Positions 46,748-61,594 of a DNA stretch of 64,000 nt are shown one piece after another. The notes under the pieces were generated by a model. It ran no database searches. It saw nothing but the letters and a program-made list of their open reading frames with translations, and was not told where the DNA came from. The stretch lies in the NCBI RefSeq assembly GCF_009914755.1, contig NC_060927.1. One strand, written 5' to 3'. Origin of the DNA: the human T2T-CHM13v2.0 reference genome, Homo sapiens. Position 1 is the first letter of the stretch; each line of letters begins with the position of its first letter. The position numbers and the translations under genes are program-made.

Positions 46748-46879
46748 GTTGGGAACACAAAGCAAGCCCCCCCGGAGAATGGCGGCAATGAAAGCTGCCT
46801 TTGTCAGATAAGGGCCGCAGGAAGACAAAGCAAAGGGCCTCTTTATTCATCAAAGCTCCACTATGCTTCTGCACCAAGA
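46748..46879. promoter_or_regulatory. Duplicated motif-rich element, copy 1 (putative enhancer)
   Basis: 97/106 ungapped identity to the core of copy 2; ACAAAG x2, CTTTGT, ATCAAAG, AGATAA. Confidence 0.5.
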
Positions 46880-47923
46880 AGGCGTGGGCAGGCCACTGCA
46901 CCAGGCCCAGGATCGTATTTTTTAAAAGAAGATCTAGTTTTCCAAATTCAGCATCTAATTTCAAAAATGCAAGTAGCCACCAACTCATATGGTCCTACCT
47001 TTTGGTTAACTGGCTCATGAGGAATAGCCCCCTGCCCTGTGCCTATAAATACCAACCCTCCTCTTTAATGCTAGTCTTAGAAGCTGCCCCCATGGCACCC
47101 ACACCCTGAGCTCCACTCTTGGACTCTCTCCCTTTCTCCTCCATTCTCACTGTTTTTCTTCCCTCTTTGCTACCCAAACTCCTCCACACCCCCTTTACCC
47201 GCTGGCCCAATACTGAAATGTCGGGATGGGTAAAATTTAGAGGGAAAGAATGAAGAAAAAGCTCACTGCAACTGAGTCTTCCCCCCTCCTACCCCCTAGT
47301 CAATGAGTTTTAACAAATGTCTACCCCCAAGTATAACCACCACTCAAAGCAGGATATGGAGCTTTTATTTCCGTCAGCCCCCAAAGTTCCCCAGCCCTTA
47401 CTACCTAGAACACACAAAACTAATCTGCAGTGACAGAAATCAGATCAGAGTAGAGTGTGGGGTGCTGACTGCAAAGGAGCACGAGGGAATTTTTGAGGGT
47501 GACTGAAATGCTCTACCCCCTGATTTGGGTGGTGGTTGCCCATGCAGATGCAAAGGCCCTGGGGCAGGAATAAGCTTGGTGAGTCCTGAAGGGCAGAAAT
47601 TTGCTCAGCATGGCTGCGGCACAGTAAGGAAAGGGAGAATGACTGATGAGGTCAGGGAAGCAGGCAGAAGCTAAGTGGTATAAGGCCTCATGTGCCGTGA
47701 CAGCAGCTGGGATTTTATTCCAACTGCCACTGGAATGCATTGAGTGGCTTTAAGCCTAGTTGTCAGGTCCCTCGAGGGCCAAACCCTGACTTACATGTAT
47801 GGATTTTCCTTCTCTGGACCTAGAACCCTAGCCAGACACTCCAGTAGTATTCCTTGCAAATAGTGTCTGCTGAAAAATGTCAGTGCCAGCCTCTGAGGCC
47901 CTGGATTCCCACTCCCTACCTGA

Positions 47924-48304
<381 letters not shown>

Positions 48305-48563
48305 TCTATTTTCTTTATTTTATTTTTTTTCTTTCTATTAATCAAAAAGCAACTCACACCCTCTATTTTCTATAGCCAGATTGGACCCCACAAGGCATCT
48401 GTACCAAGGTGATTTTCCCAGCCTGCCCAGTCCTGGTAAGTCCAGGTTCATTCTGCCAGGTGCCTGCTGTCTCAAGCCTGAACAGCTCAACACGTCAGGG
48501 GGCCACAGTGAGAGCCAGTGGGGAACGCAGCACCTCCCAGAGGGCCTCCACCAGCCCACTCAC

Positions 48564-48648
48564 CTTCGCCCAGGGTCTGCTTGAGTAAATCGTGCTTGGC
48601 CTGCAGCTTGGTGATGAGGTTACTGCCATTCACATACTCTTTAAATTT
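48564..48648 (-). CDS. SRGAP3: SRGAP3 coding exon (~10), 85 nt, KFKEYVNGSN...KQTLGE(G)
   Basis: ttacag|AAA acceptor, AAG|gtgagt donor; phase 0-1. Confidence 0.97.
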
Positions 48649-48886
48649 CTGTAAGACACAAGGCACAAGGAAGTTATAGATTGCAAGGCCGAGTAATGGG
48701 ATCTCTGCCTCTGCAACTGACCTCTGGGACACGGAAGCCGAACAGAGATCACGTCACCCGCAGGGACCCCGGCGCAGGGAACAGAGAGGCCTCTGCATCT
48801 GCGTCTTTGCTTTCCTCCATCTAGAACCCCAGCGCTGACAGGCGGAGGCCAGGCCCTTGGAGGGCTCCAGGCCTTTCAGGTCGGGG

Positions 48887-49016
48887 GTTAGGAACACAAA
48901 GCAAACCAGGGGAGAATGGCAGCAGTGAAAGCTGCCTTTGTCAGGTAAGGGCCACGGGGAGACAAAGCAAAGGGCCTCTTTAGTCATCAAAGCTCCACTG
49001 TGCTTCTGCGCCAAGA
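48887..49016. promoter_or_regulatory. Duplicated motif-rich element, copy 2 (putative enhancer)
   Basis: Direct repeat of 46748-46879 at offset 2137 bp. Confidence 0.5.
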
Positions 49017-49712
49017 GCAATAAAAATGGGAGCCGTCCCAGGGGCCACGCAGCCGAAGCTAGGGAGCTTTATCGGATCTGTCAGAGAGGAGCCTCGGAAC
49101 GAGTCTTCCTTTCATCTGGCCCCACTTTGAAGGAGGAGGGGCTTGCAGGCCCCTGAGAGGCTTTCCCATTAAAATAACCCAAACTGCAGGGGGTGATAAG
49201 ATTTTCTTCTTTGTACAGATGAGAAAAATGAAGCTTGCACCAGGAAGTGATTTGTCCAAGGTCCCACGGAAAGTCAGCCATGGGCCAGGCCTAACCCCAG
49301 CCTGCTTCCTAGTTCAGGGCTCTGGCCCAGAGCAGTGCACCTCAGAGCAGTACTGAGGGACAGAGAATAGGCCAGGACAGAAACACACCTACCTGCCTGG
49401 AACTCAGTGGGCCTTAGCCACCTCTACACAGGTGCCAGCTTCCCCCACCTGCACTGTCACAGAGCCCCACTGGGCATGCCTCTGCTGCATGGCCAGCTGC
49501 TAGAGGGTGGGCTCCAAGCCCAGCTCATCTCCAGCTCCCCAGTGCCTAAAGCTGTGACTGGCTTAGAGTAGGTGCTGAGAAATTTCACTGGATCCCTCCC
49601 TCTTGAAGCTTACGTGGTGGGCTGGGGAGGGAGACAATAAACGAACAAAAAAGGTAAATAAAATACCACTCAGTCAGGCGGTGGTGAATGCTACGGATAA
49701 AAAGAAAGCAGA

Positions 49713-50023
49713 GCTGAGCACGGTGACTCACACCTGTAATTCCAGCTGCTCAGGAGGCTGAGGTGAGAGGATTGCTGAAGGCCTGAAGTTCAAGACAAGC
49801 CTGGGCAACATAGCAAGACCAAGTCTCTAAAAAAATAAGTTTAAAAAACTAGCTAGGCCTGGGGGTGTGTGCTGTGGTGCCAGCTACTCAGGAGGCCAAG
49901 GTGAGAGAATCACTTGAGCCCAGGAGGTTGAGGCTGTAGTGAGCTATGTTCATGCCACTGCACTCCATCCTAAGCAACAGAGTGAGACCCTATCTCCACA
50001 AAAAAATAAATCAATCAAATAAA
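49713..50023 (+). mobile_element. Alu (J-type)
   Basis: Diverged dimeric Alu. Confidence 0.92.
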
Positions 50024-50950
50024 GTGGGAACAGTGGACTGGAAGTCTAGAAGACCTCACTGCAAAGTGGACATTTGAGCCAAGGCCTGAAGGAGGTAGAA
50101 AGGGGGCCACATGGGGACCTGCGGGAAGGAGGTTTACAAGCAAGGGGTACAGTAATTGCAACAGCCCTGAGAATAAAGTGAAGGAGGTAGATGTGCCTGC
50201 CCCAAATCCACCTGCTAGTTTCTCAAAGAGAAACCCACTCTATTGTCCCAGCCAGCACACTAAAAAGGGGGCAGAGAAAAGTGAGCTGCAGAGGCTCAGA
50301 CACCCCCAAGTCAACTATAGAGGAGGGCCTCTAACATCACCACCTTCCCATTGACAGCTATGGGGGAAAGACCCACTGGGGTAGGGGCTGACACATACAC
50401 AAATAAGACTGGGGTCACCTCACACTGGCCCACCTTGATGGGTTTCTGGAACGACTGGGCTGGTGGGAGGTTGTGGTGTCCTCTCTCCTTTTCCATGGTC
50501 CTAGGCTCCCAGGACCTGGCCTATTGGCCATTAAGAGTCACTCGACTTGTATCCACAGAGCACTTGACAGTTTTCACACACGTACGTTTAAGCCTCATCA
50601 GAGTCTTGGATGGCAAATGGGGAAAACATCATCAGGCCCGTTCTACCCAGAAGGAAACAGAAGCTCAGAACTGTGGTCACTCACTGGGTACCTCGGGCAG
50701 ATTACCGAGCATTTCTGAGCCTCCCTGTCCTCCCCAGTGTAAACTGAGAGTAGACTCAGTGTTTCTCCAAGTGTGGGGCAGAGGGCCAGGGGCTTGTAAC
50801 CAGCTGGGGAGACTGTCAACACGCAAATTCCTGTTCTAGAATAACTCGAGTCTAACCCTTCATTTGACACTGGAGGAGGAACCAGTGAGGCCCAGAAGTG
50901 TTCACAATTCCAGTTGCCCATCTTGGGAGAGTGGTGGTCTGAGAACCTAC

Positions 50951-51311
50951 TTTTTTTTTTTTTTTTAGGTAAGGTCTGGCTCTATTGCCCAGGCTGGAGT
51001 GCAGTAGTACGATGTTGGCTCACTGCAATCTCTGCCTCCCAGGCTCAAGCCATGCTCCCAAGTAGCTGGGACTACAGGCACACGCCAGCCAAGTAGCTGG
51101 GACCTCAGCCTCCCAAGTAGCTGGGACCTCAGCCTCCCAAGTAGCTGGGACTACAGCCACACACCACCATGGCCAGCTAATTTTTGTATTTCTTGTAGAG
51201 ATGGGGTTTTGCCATGTTGCCCACGCTGGTCATGAACTCACGAGCTCAAGCAATCTGCACACCTCGGTTCCCAAAGTGTTGGGATTACAGGCATGAGCCA
51301 CTGCGCCTGGC
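50951..51311 (-). mobile_element. Alu (J-type) with internal tandem repeats, inserted in a MER5 relic
   Basis: TSD ctgagaacct; ccaagtagctgggac present four times. Confidence 0.92.
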
Positions 51312-52191
51312 TGAGAACCTGCATTTTTAACAAGCTTCCCAGATGGTTCAAATGCACACTTCAGTTTGGTAACTACTGTCCTAGAGGCTCTCTATAGATG
51401 CTTCCAGCAATAATGTCCTCTCATTTTATCTCCTGGCCAAGAATTCCCCAAAAAAGCAGAGCTGAGGGGTAAGCTGATATTCTGTCCACCGTGTCTCACT
51501 GCTCCAAGAAGTTGAAGATGTAATCCCAAATGCCTAACTCATGCCTTGGCAGGTCATCCACTGGTTAGCGCAAATTACAGCCTGGGGCTCTGTAGCTCAT
51601 CTCTGTCCGCCTCATTTAAGCTTCAACCACCTGAAGAACAACGAATGTCCGCAAAATAAAGAATGCCATCAAATTGCATTGATGTTTGCATTGAAAGGAT
51701 TACGATGTCCTTAAAAAGACCTAAAATAATGAGTCATGAGAAGGTATACTAGGAAACCAGGTTAGCAAACTAAGTATTAAGAATAAACTATAACATCTGA
51801 TGACCATTAGTCATAGATACTGGAGAATTCTCCTAACTTCGAGTAGGCCAAACTCCCTTCTTGAATTCTGTTCCCCAGAATTCTTTGCTTCTACTGCCAA
51901 AGTGAATTAATCTTCATGTGCATGTTGTAACCATAAATTCTCTTTGTGAACACCGTAGGCTCCATGGAAGTGGTGAATACCAGCAATCAGCGTGGGCTGC
52001 TTTGCTAAGCTCCGCTTTGTTTTCTTCCTTGACAGGGTCAAAGAGTGTTGGAGAAAATGTAGTGTGTATCGACTACTGGTTTTTGACAAGGGATTTGACA
52101 AAGGCAGTTATAAGATGGAGGTGGAAGTTAGAATTGGGTGGGTTTGTGATGGGTTAAATGACTACAATCCAATCAATATTAGCCTCATTGC

Positions 52192-52480
52192 TTTTTTTTT
52201 TTTTTTTTTTTTTTTTTGAGACAGTCTCACTCTGTCACCCAGCCTGGAGTGCAGTGGTACAATCACAGTTCACTGCAGTCTCAACCTCCCAGGCTCAAGT
52301 AATCCTTCCACCTCACCCTCCTGAATAGCTGGGACCATAGATATGCACTTGTATTTTTCTTTGTAGAAATGGAGTCGTCCTATGTTGCCGAAGCTGGTCT
52401 CAAACTCCTGGGCTAAAGGGATCCTCCTACTCGGCCTCCCAAAGTGCTAGGATTTTAGGCATGAGCCATGGCACCTGGCC
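52192..52480 (-). mobile_element. Alu (J-type)
   Basis: Poly-T plus reverse Alu. Confidence 0.93.
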
Positions 52481-52865
52481 CTAGCTGCATATTTTTAACA
52501 ACTCTGTCTTTGGCCTTGGCCTTGGTATACCCATTAGTCTTTAAATTGATTAAAGTTTGGAAGCCATGCTTACTGAATCTGCAGGTGACACAGGTTTGAG
52601 GAGACAGCACGTATGCTGAGTAACTGGATCAGGATGTTGACTAAAACCATGAATTGAATTCATCAAGAGGAAAACTAACTGGTGATAAACAGAAGACCTG
52701 CCCAAGATATCCCCTACAAAGCCTTAGGAAGAGTGAGGCCTGGTTAATGGCAGCATGTAGGGAAGACAGCTATAACTGATAATAACTTAGCCTTAAAATA
52801 ATAATAAAAGAATATGATCTTAGAACATATGAATAGGAGCATAGTACCCGGTATAGAAGGGGTGA

Positions 52866-53234
<369 letters not shown>

Positions 53235-54199
53235 TAGAAGAGGCATCAGCACATGGAACATGTTCAGGAGAGAGTCACTAGGATACTGAGGCTACTCAAA
53301 ACAAAAGCTTATAAGGCAAGACTGAAAGAATCAAATACATTTAGCCTAGAGAAATGAAATCCCAGCTCCCTGCAACCATGTGAAACACTGCCATGTAGAA
53401 TTAGCCTCCACTCTGGGTGGCCCCAGAGAACAGAACCAAGAAATCCTAGTGAGGTAGGTTTTTGAAGATAGCAAAGATAAAGGAAAACATGGTAATACCA
53501 AAAGCCAGGCACAATGCAAACAAAAGGGCTGTCTGGGGAAAAAGGGAGATTTTAATCTTGGGAGCAATCAGGCAGAGTCAGGATGGCCCCTGGTCAGGGA
53601 TGTGGCTGAACTGACTCAAGCATCCCATGGAAGATTTAAGGTCCGTTACAAACCTAATATTCTATGTTCAGTAAACACATGTTGAACTAAAGCCCCAGTC
53701 CCCGTCTCCTTTCTCCTCCCAGTCCCTGTCCAAACGAAAGATAATTAACATGGGATTTTACATGAAGGGCTAGCAACTCAAGAGCCATTTGCTTGGATTT
53801 TTGAGGGCATTTTTTCCAAAGCTCACACCTAAATTTAAGACAATTCAACATGATAATCTATATACATAATTTCAAGGTTGTTCCTTGGGACTTGTACCTG
53901 ACTCTGTCAGCCATTTTCTTATCACCCCACTGAATAAAACTGTCTCTGGTTTTTTTCTAGAGCAAGAAAATTTCAATAATCATCACCCAAGATCAATGCC
54001 AATGCTACCCATTGGGAATTCACTTTCTGCATTTCAGAAAACCAAGCCAGGCAACTTAATTTTAAAAGCATGGTGATGGAGTCTTAGATCCAATTGACCC
54101 ATGTGGTTTCTCTGGTTCTCAGTAGCTTGGGTTGCTCCTGAAAAGTCACTGCCAGTGGCTTGGCCGACAGTGTGGTTCTGGGCCCAGGATGCCACTTAC

Positions 54200-54397
54200 T
54201 GTAAAATAAAACATTTCTGTTTCCTGCTGGTTGGCTCTCCTCTTGGCAATGTTGATCTTGCTCATGTAGGTCTCAGAGGCAGCCGACTTGACGGACTCTG
54301 TCGATCGACTGTGTTGGAAGGCATCGGAGACATCAAAGTCCTCCACAGTCAGCATGTCCTGTAATGTCTGCATGGTGGCATCCAGGGTTTTCCTAAC
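54200..54397 (-). CDS. SRGAP3: SRGAP3 coding exon (~9), 198 nt, VRKTLDATMQ...TEMFYFT
   Basis: ccccag|GTT acceptor, ACA|gtaagt donor; phase 0-0. Confidence 0.97.
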
Positions 54398-55287
54398 CTG
54401 GGGAAACACAGCAGATTGACAAAAATCCTGTATTCTCATACTGCCGTTGACACCTAAAGTCCCTTTCCCAGCTGTCACTTTACTTCTTCCATATGAAGTC
54501 CCTAGGATATAGGCAGAACAAAAATAATCCTTCTCACTGTATTAATGTGGAAAACACAAATTAGTCACCAACCCAAAATCACACAGCTGGCTGGGATGAA
54601 AAGCCAGGTTGCCCAATTTAAAGATATTTTATCGTATGGCTTCTGCCAGAGAGAACCTTGAGGAATGTTGCAACAAATGAGGAACCCAGGTTTCTAGGTT
54701 TGTTTCTCTTAGCCTAATTATGTAACTCAAAACAAGTTCCTCCAATGCAAGGTGGTCAGTTGAGTAGGGACAACATTAGATGTGCTCTAGTTCTCTTCAT
54801 TCAGAGAAGGATAGAGACAAAGTTGACAATGGTGGGCAGCCATTCTTCGTGCAACAAACTCTCCAGGTATCTGCTACTGGACTCCTATCAAAAGCCCAGC
54901 TGAGAAAAGGAAAACTCCAGGAAGACAGTTGCTGAGGCACACATTGTTCAGCTAGGACTCCAGTTTTTTCTTCTGGAATTTCGTGGGACCACCAGAAGCC
55001 TGCACAAGCAGGGCCCACGGGCCCTGACCTTACAACACCCCTTTGCTGAACTGTGCCTAAAAGGCAGATTCTTTGCTCTGGAGGCTGGTTCCAAAAACAG
55101 TCCCTGGAAAAACTGCCTCCAGTGTTTGTTATAAAATTATTGTCACTCAAAGTCTGTTTCTTTTCACTCAGACCTCAGCTTAAATGTCACCTCCTGGTGA
55201 CATTGGTCCCCCCGATATCTTCACTCAGTGCCTATTACTGTCTAATATTTTCCAAGCTCATTCATTTCTTGGCTTCTTTTTGTGTTT

Positions 55288-55880
55288 CATAAATGAAAAA
55301 TAAAATTCTAAGCCCCCAGCCATCTGAATGGACCTCTCCTCTCAGTCAGGGGCATTCCAAAGTTAACCTGAAAAACTAGTTCAGGCCATGATGGGAAGGG
55401 GGCGGCAAACCTACTTCATTATACCCTCCTCCTTTTTGGAATTACTGTTAGAACAGACTCTTTAAGTCTGATAGAAACATTTACAGCCTATCCTCTGAAG
55501 CCTACAACCGGGAGGCTTCATCTCTATGATAAAACCTTAGTCTGCACAACCCCTTATCTTAACCCAGACATTCCTTTCTTTAGACAATAACTTAACCTTT
55601 CAACCAACTGTCAATCAGAAAATCTTTGAATCTGCCTATGACCTGAAAGCCCCTGCTTCCAGTTGTCCCACCTTTCCAGACCAAACCAAATACAACTTAC
55701 ATGTATTGACTGATGCCTTACATCTCCCTAAAATGTATAAAACCAAGTTGTGGCCCAACCACCTTGGGTACATGTTTTCAGGATCTCCTGAGGGCTGTAT
55801 TACAGGCCATTGTTCACTCATATTTGGCTCAGAATAAATCTCTTCAAGTATTTTACAGAGTTTGACTCTCTTTGTCAACA
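55288..55880 (+). mobile_element. MER4-family (ERV1) solo LTR inserted in an L2
   Basis: aaaataaaattctaagcccc start, aataaatctcttcaa...tttgtcaaca end, gttt duplicated on both sides. Confidence 0.85.
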
Positions 55881-57052
55881 GTTTCAAGTATTATTTGTCT
55901 TTTCTCACTAGAATATTCCCTCCCGGAGAGGAGGTGCTATGGTGCGTTGTGTTTGGTCACTTTACTCTATATCTAGAACAATGTTTGGCACATAGTATGT
56001 GCTCTATAAATACTTGAATAAATATTGTTGAATGAATACACAAATCAATTCTTCTTTCTAACGCAGCATGACAGGAAGCTCAGGTTCAAAATTAAGCACA
56101 TTCAAGCCCGTTAGCAGCTCATACAGAAGAACATTGGCTTCATTCTCCTTTCTTTGGCCCTGATTTCCAATTTAAATTCCATTAACATTATGATCCACAT
56201 ACTATTCCGTGTAAACAATTTAAAATCCTTTGGGGGAAGATGTAGGGCATAAATAAATAAAGAAAACACTCTGTTCATCTCCTGTCTCTTTCCAGGTTTG
56301 AAAAACAAATATATAATTTGTCTCCATACAACCTCCCCCTGGGGACTGCACTGATTTGCTATCATCCTGAGCTCCAATCTGTCTCACATTTGTCCTAGGT
56401 CTGTCCTTTGTGGAGATGAAAAGCAAAGTTGCTGTCTCTGCCCAGGATAGAACTCTTGAGATTTGAAGATCAAGACTGTGTCTTCCCACCTCCCCCATGA
56501 CTGCACTTTAAAGAATAAACCTGCCCATGACCTCGAGTGTCACTCCCTCCATCCTGGTGTCCTTTCTCCAGGGGCCTCCAGTTGGTTGGCATCCTCCTTG
56601 CAGGAAGAGTCCAGGTTGGAATAGGATGTTTCCCATCTGGCCTCTTCAGTCCACATCAGAATAGAGCCACTGCACTGGTATTTCCATCTGTACCCACTTG
56701 CTGAGAATCCTATGCCCCACAGCTGCAGGGGAGGGAGGCTGGGCCTGGTAAGGCTGACCTGTTCCTTGGAGCTCAGAATCCATGACAAATTTAGTGTGCC
56801 CTAGGTTGTTTATTTCATTGTGTAATTTAAAATACCTACTGTTATTTCTAATGATAAAACAGAAATTCATTGCAGAAAATAGAAGAAAGCACAAAGAAGT
56901 AAACAGAAAGCACCTATCACCCCACAACCCAAACATAGCAACTAATAACATTTAAGCATTTCCCTCCAGTCTTTTTTCTATGCCTAGGAATATACATATG
57001 CTTTAGTTTACTCCAGTTATGGCAATACTGAACATAGAGTCCTATTTCCTTT

Positions 57053-57195
57053 TGTGTTTTGTTTGTTTGTTTGTTTGTTTGTTTTGAGATGGAACCTCAC
57101 TCTGTCATCCAGGCTAGAGTGCAGTGGCGTGATCTCAGCTCACTGAAACGTCTGCCTCCCAGGTTCAAGCAATTCTCTTACCTCAGCCTCCCACC
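57053..57195 (-). mobile_element. Truncated Alu with (TTTG)n tail in an old L1 fragment
   Basis: Right arm only. Confidence 0.88.
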
Positions 57196-57400
57196 TTTTG
57201 TTTTTCTTCAATTTAACATCTTATAAATGTTCCTCCAGGCTATTAATGATTCTTGGTGTGTGTGGTTTTAATGATCGTGTACTATTCCATCTTATAAGTG
57301 GAACTATCATTTCTTATGCACTTCGTGGCACAAGTGGACTCCCTGGGACAAGCCAGGCCTTCCAAAGAAAATCCCTTATAGGGCAGAGGGGCTCACTCAC

Positions 57401-57502
57401 CTCCTCATTCTCTATCTTGAGGGTGGCCAGTCTGGACTGCAGCTGGTGATAACGCATGAGCAGTTCTGTCTGGACGGGCTGCTGAGCGCTGACCTGGCAG
57501 AC
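57401..57502 (-). CDS. SRGAP3: SRGAP3 coding exon (~8), 102 nt, VCQVSAQQPV...LKIENEE
   Basis: ctgcag|GTC acceptor, GAG|gtgagt donor; phase 0-0. Confidence 0.97.
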
Positions 57503-57953
57503 CTGCAGGAATAACAGCCACCATCTGTGGTTGCCCTGTGCCCTCCTCACCTGTGTGGAGCTAGGGCAGGGGCTACCATTAACATCCCAATCACAGTCCA
57601 GGAAACAGGGGCTCGGAAAGGTTGAGTGACCTGCTCAAGGTCACAGAGCTCATAAGTGGCCGTGGCAACCAATGCCAGATGAGAACCGGGGTCTTCCTAC
57701 TCAAAGTCCGCACTCTTGCCACTGCCAGGTGTGGCCTTTCAGTCATGATCTACATTTGGGAAGCATGTGAAGGTTTACAAAGAGCCTTAATTTAATCTTA
57801 TTAAGCAAAACTAACTGGTTAATTTCAAGGCAAGAAATTGTGGCAAGAAAGCAACCACCTAAGAGAAGCCAATGGGAAAAAACCTGAATGGGAAACAATC
57901 AGGGGCACACTCCCATTGTGCCGCAGAATGACACTGCAGCAGGGCAGCTGTGA

Positions 57954-58388
<435 letters not shown>

Positions 58389-59418
58389 TTCCACCTTTCA
58401 TGTGGGACTCCAGTATTACCTGTGGGCTGGGCTGCTGGCAGGCATGTGCACCTCACCCCTTCCAGGAACACAGCTAGGATCACAAGGGACAGTAGCGCTC
58501 TGTGGACTGTACTAGTTATTTGCTACTAATTGCACAACCCAAAGTTTATGGTCACCAGTGGTCACCATGAGGCCAGCATTTTCAGGTCCAGGTGATGGAT
58601 CGGGAGGACTGAGAGGGATGGGGCAGACACAGCAGTGCAGCCCTGCAGAAGTAAGTGGGCAGAGCCATGCAGAGGGTCTAGCAAATGCCATCTTCTCGGA
58701 TGCCTCCTTGCCCCTCCCCTCCCAGCAGGTGCCACGGGTGGCCCAGCTGAGCCTCACTGGGACCCAGAGGCTGGCTGGGTCTGGGACACTGTTGGAGTGG
58801 GTTCCCCCAATGCCCCGAGGGAGCAGTGACACAGACAAGCTCAGGGAACTATTTGCATAAGGGATTTTGTAAGCCTTGGGTAACGAGTAGGGCTGTGTTG
58901 GGGCCAGTGACAAGGGCCTTCTTTCCATTTGTTTTTCGTTTGTTTTATTCAGAATATAACAAGGATCTGAGCAGCACAAGCACTGAAGGAAACTCGATCG
59001 TCTGGTGTATCAAAGGCTTGCAGTGTTGGAGGAAGGGAGCGCCCTGGTGGAATGCACCAGCCTGAATGGCTGTGTTGAGGCTACAGTGAGGCCCAGGCTT
59101 CCCGTGGACCTCACCCGCACATGTGGGGTTAGAACACGAGCCTGTGTGCAGACTGGGGCTCCCTTGGAGTCTTCTAGACATAGCTGGGAGGGGTTATAAG
59201 GGAAGCCAAGGTCCTGTAATTCTGCACGGGGGGCACCTGAGACAGCAAGATGAGGGTATTAGTGGTAAACTCCTCAGCTGGGGAAGCCCATGAACCAGGA
59301 GCTTGACCCCAGGCGTCGGATAGAAACTTTCTGTACGTGCAACCAGGGATGATGTACTGGAGCACATGGGGGAACAGAGGGAAGCAGCCCCAAGCCCGGG
59401 CTCCAGGAGGAAGCCTAC

Positions 59419-59640
59419 CTCATCCCCCATGTGGGGCTGGAACTCGAACTTGAGTGGAGGGCAGAAGACTTGATTGCACATGTCCATGACTGTGTGCTTG
59501 TCACTTCGGGAATCCAGGTTGTCCACTGCATTCTCAATGACATCCAGCCCTTCGTGGCGAGAGGTCTCCAGGTTGTATTCAGCTGAGAGATAGGTCCGGA
59601 AGGTGCGGGCCAGGCTGGCATGGAAGCCCAAATCACAGCA
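59419..59640 (-). CDS. SRGAP3: SRGAP3 coding exon (~7), 222 nt, CCDLGFHASL...QPHMGDE
   Basis: ccccaag|TGC acceptor, GAG|gtagg donor; phase 0-0; 74 codons. Confidence 0.97.
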
Positions 59641-59851
59641 CTTGGGGAGAGGCAACAACGGAAGGTTATGGGTGACAGCCAGGATGTGGAGGGGCGGTCA
59701 CTGGCCACCACAGTGACTTACAATTACCTCCCTTTCCACAGCCGAATCTTCCATCCCGGAGGCCCCAAGGCACTTTGGAATCCTACTGCACAAACCTCAC
59801 GGCGCCCCTCAAGGGGAGTTGCGGTTGAGATTTGGGCAATAGCAGAACTAG

Positions 59852-60171
<320 letters not shown>

Positions 60172-61397
60172 CATCTTTCTCTTCTTTAGGGTGGTGTGCA
60201 TGCATCCCCTCTGCCTGGAATACCCTTCTTTCGGAATTCAGTTTAGAGGTCACTTCCTCCAGGAAAGCTTCCTTGATGTTCTCCCCACTCAGAGCTGGTC
60301 AGGTGATCCTCCTCCAGGGGTCCACATTTCCCTCTACCTCTCTCACTGTGACCCCTGCCACTTAGTATTAAAATCACCTATCAACATGTCCTTGGCGAGG
60401 TAAGCTCCCCGAGGGCCAACCCACTGCTCCTGCTCCTCAAGTTCCAGACAACAGCAGGTGCTCAATTAATATATGGTAAATGAATGAATAAAGGGGCTGA
60501 AAGGGCAAAAAAAGAAAGCGAAAAGCAGGAAAGAGGAAGGTCTGGCCTTGGGCCATTTGGGAGCTCCCTCTCCTTGCGATGCTGACAATGGGGCCCCCTC
60601 TGGAGCCACGGGAAAAGCAGGAGCCCCCTGACTTCCCGACAGGATACACCAGGAAAAGAGTCCATCGACCATACCAAGCCTTTACTAAACATGGACAGGG
60701 CCAGCTCCCCCATCGGTGCAGGAAGGAGGACATGAGAGAAACAGTCCTGGCTCCTACTTAGATGACACAGAAGCCCTCCCCAGCACCACCGCTCACAGTG
60801 TTCTTTCTCCCAGTCTGCTTGTCCCTGTGGCGTGTCCTGCACAGCGGGTACTCGGGAGTCAGTGTTCCGTTCTCCATTTGCTTAAGCTGCCCGATTTCTC
60901 CCGAGATAACTTCCCCACACAAAGCTGATCTGTATAATTAAGTCTGTCTCATTCGCTACTTTCTTTCGCATGTACACGTGTCTGGCTGAGTGGCCCTAGG
61001 GGCGCCAAACATTTTACTAATAACATCTCCTTTACCACACTGGGAAATCCCCCAAGGCATGAACTGTGTATGGTTCCCCCCTGAACCCCTCAAACCCAGC
61101 AAAGGACCTGGTGTCCAGGAGGGTACTTGGGAAGTTGCCATTGGATATACGACTGCCCAAGCCAACTGCACTGGGGCCACCAGAGGCCCATGTCCCACTC
61201 GTGAAAATAGACACCACGAGGTAACATTCATTTTCCACCTCCCCAAATCACTGCCCTTCCCCTCCAGCAGGGCTCAAAAGAGCTGTGGCTACCCGAGAAT
61301 GTCAGGTAAAGACAAAGACCAGCCCCTCCTTCAGCCAGTGACATGTGCCAGCCCTGGTGTGGGCCCTGCTCAGTCCCAGACTCCCCAGGGAGCTCAC

Positions 61398-61526
61398 ATC
61401 GATCAGATCAGAGACATCATGGATGTAGTATTTGCTTATAGCTGCGTTGGTGGCTGCCAGATTGAGCAAGTAGTCATTCCGGGCCTTTGTGCATTTCAGC
61501 TTGTTCTCAGAGTACTTGGCCTGCCT
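61398..61526 (-). CDS. SRGAP3: SRGAP3 coding exon (~6), 129 nt, RQAKYSENKL...DVSDLID (F-BAR)
   Basis: Translation matches recalled SRGAP3; ttccag|AGG acceptor, GAT|gtgag donor; phase 0-0. Confidence 0.97.
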
Positions 61527-61594
61527 CTGGAAGAAGAAAAGAGTAGATGTAAGAGCAAGCCATTTAAGAGGACGGGGTTTGTGATTTTCTATTC

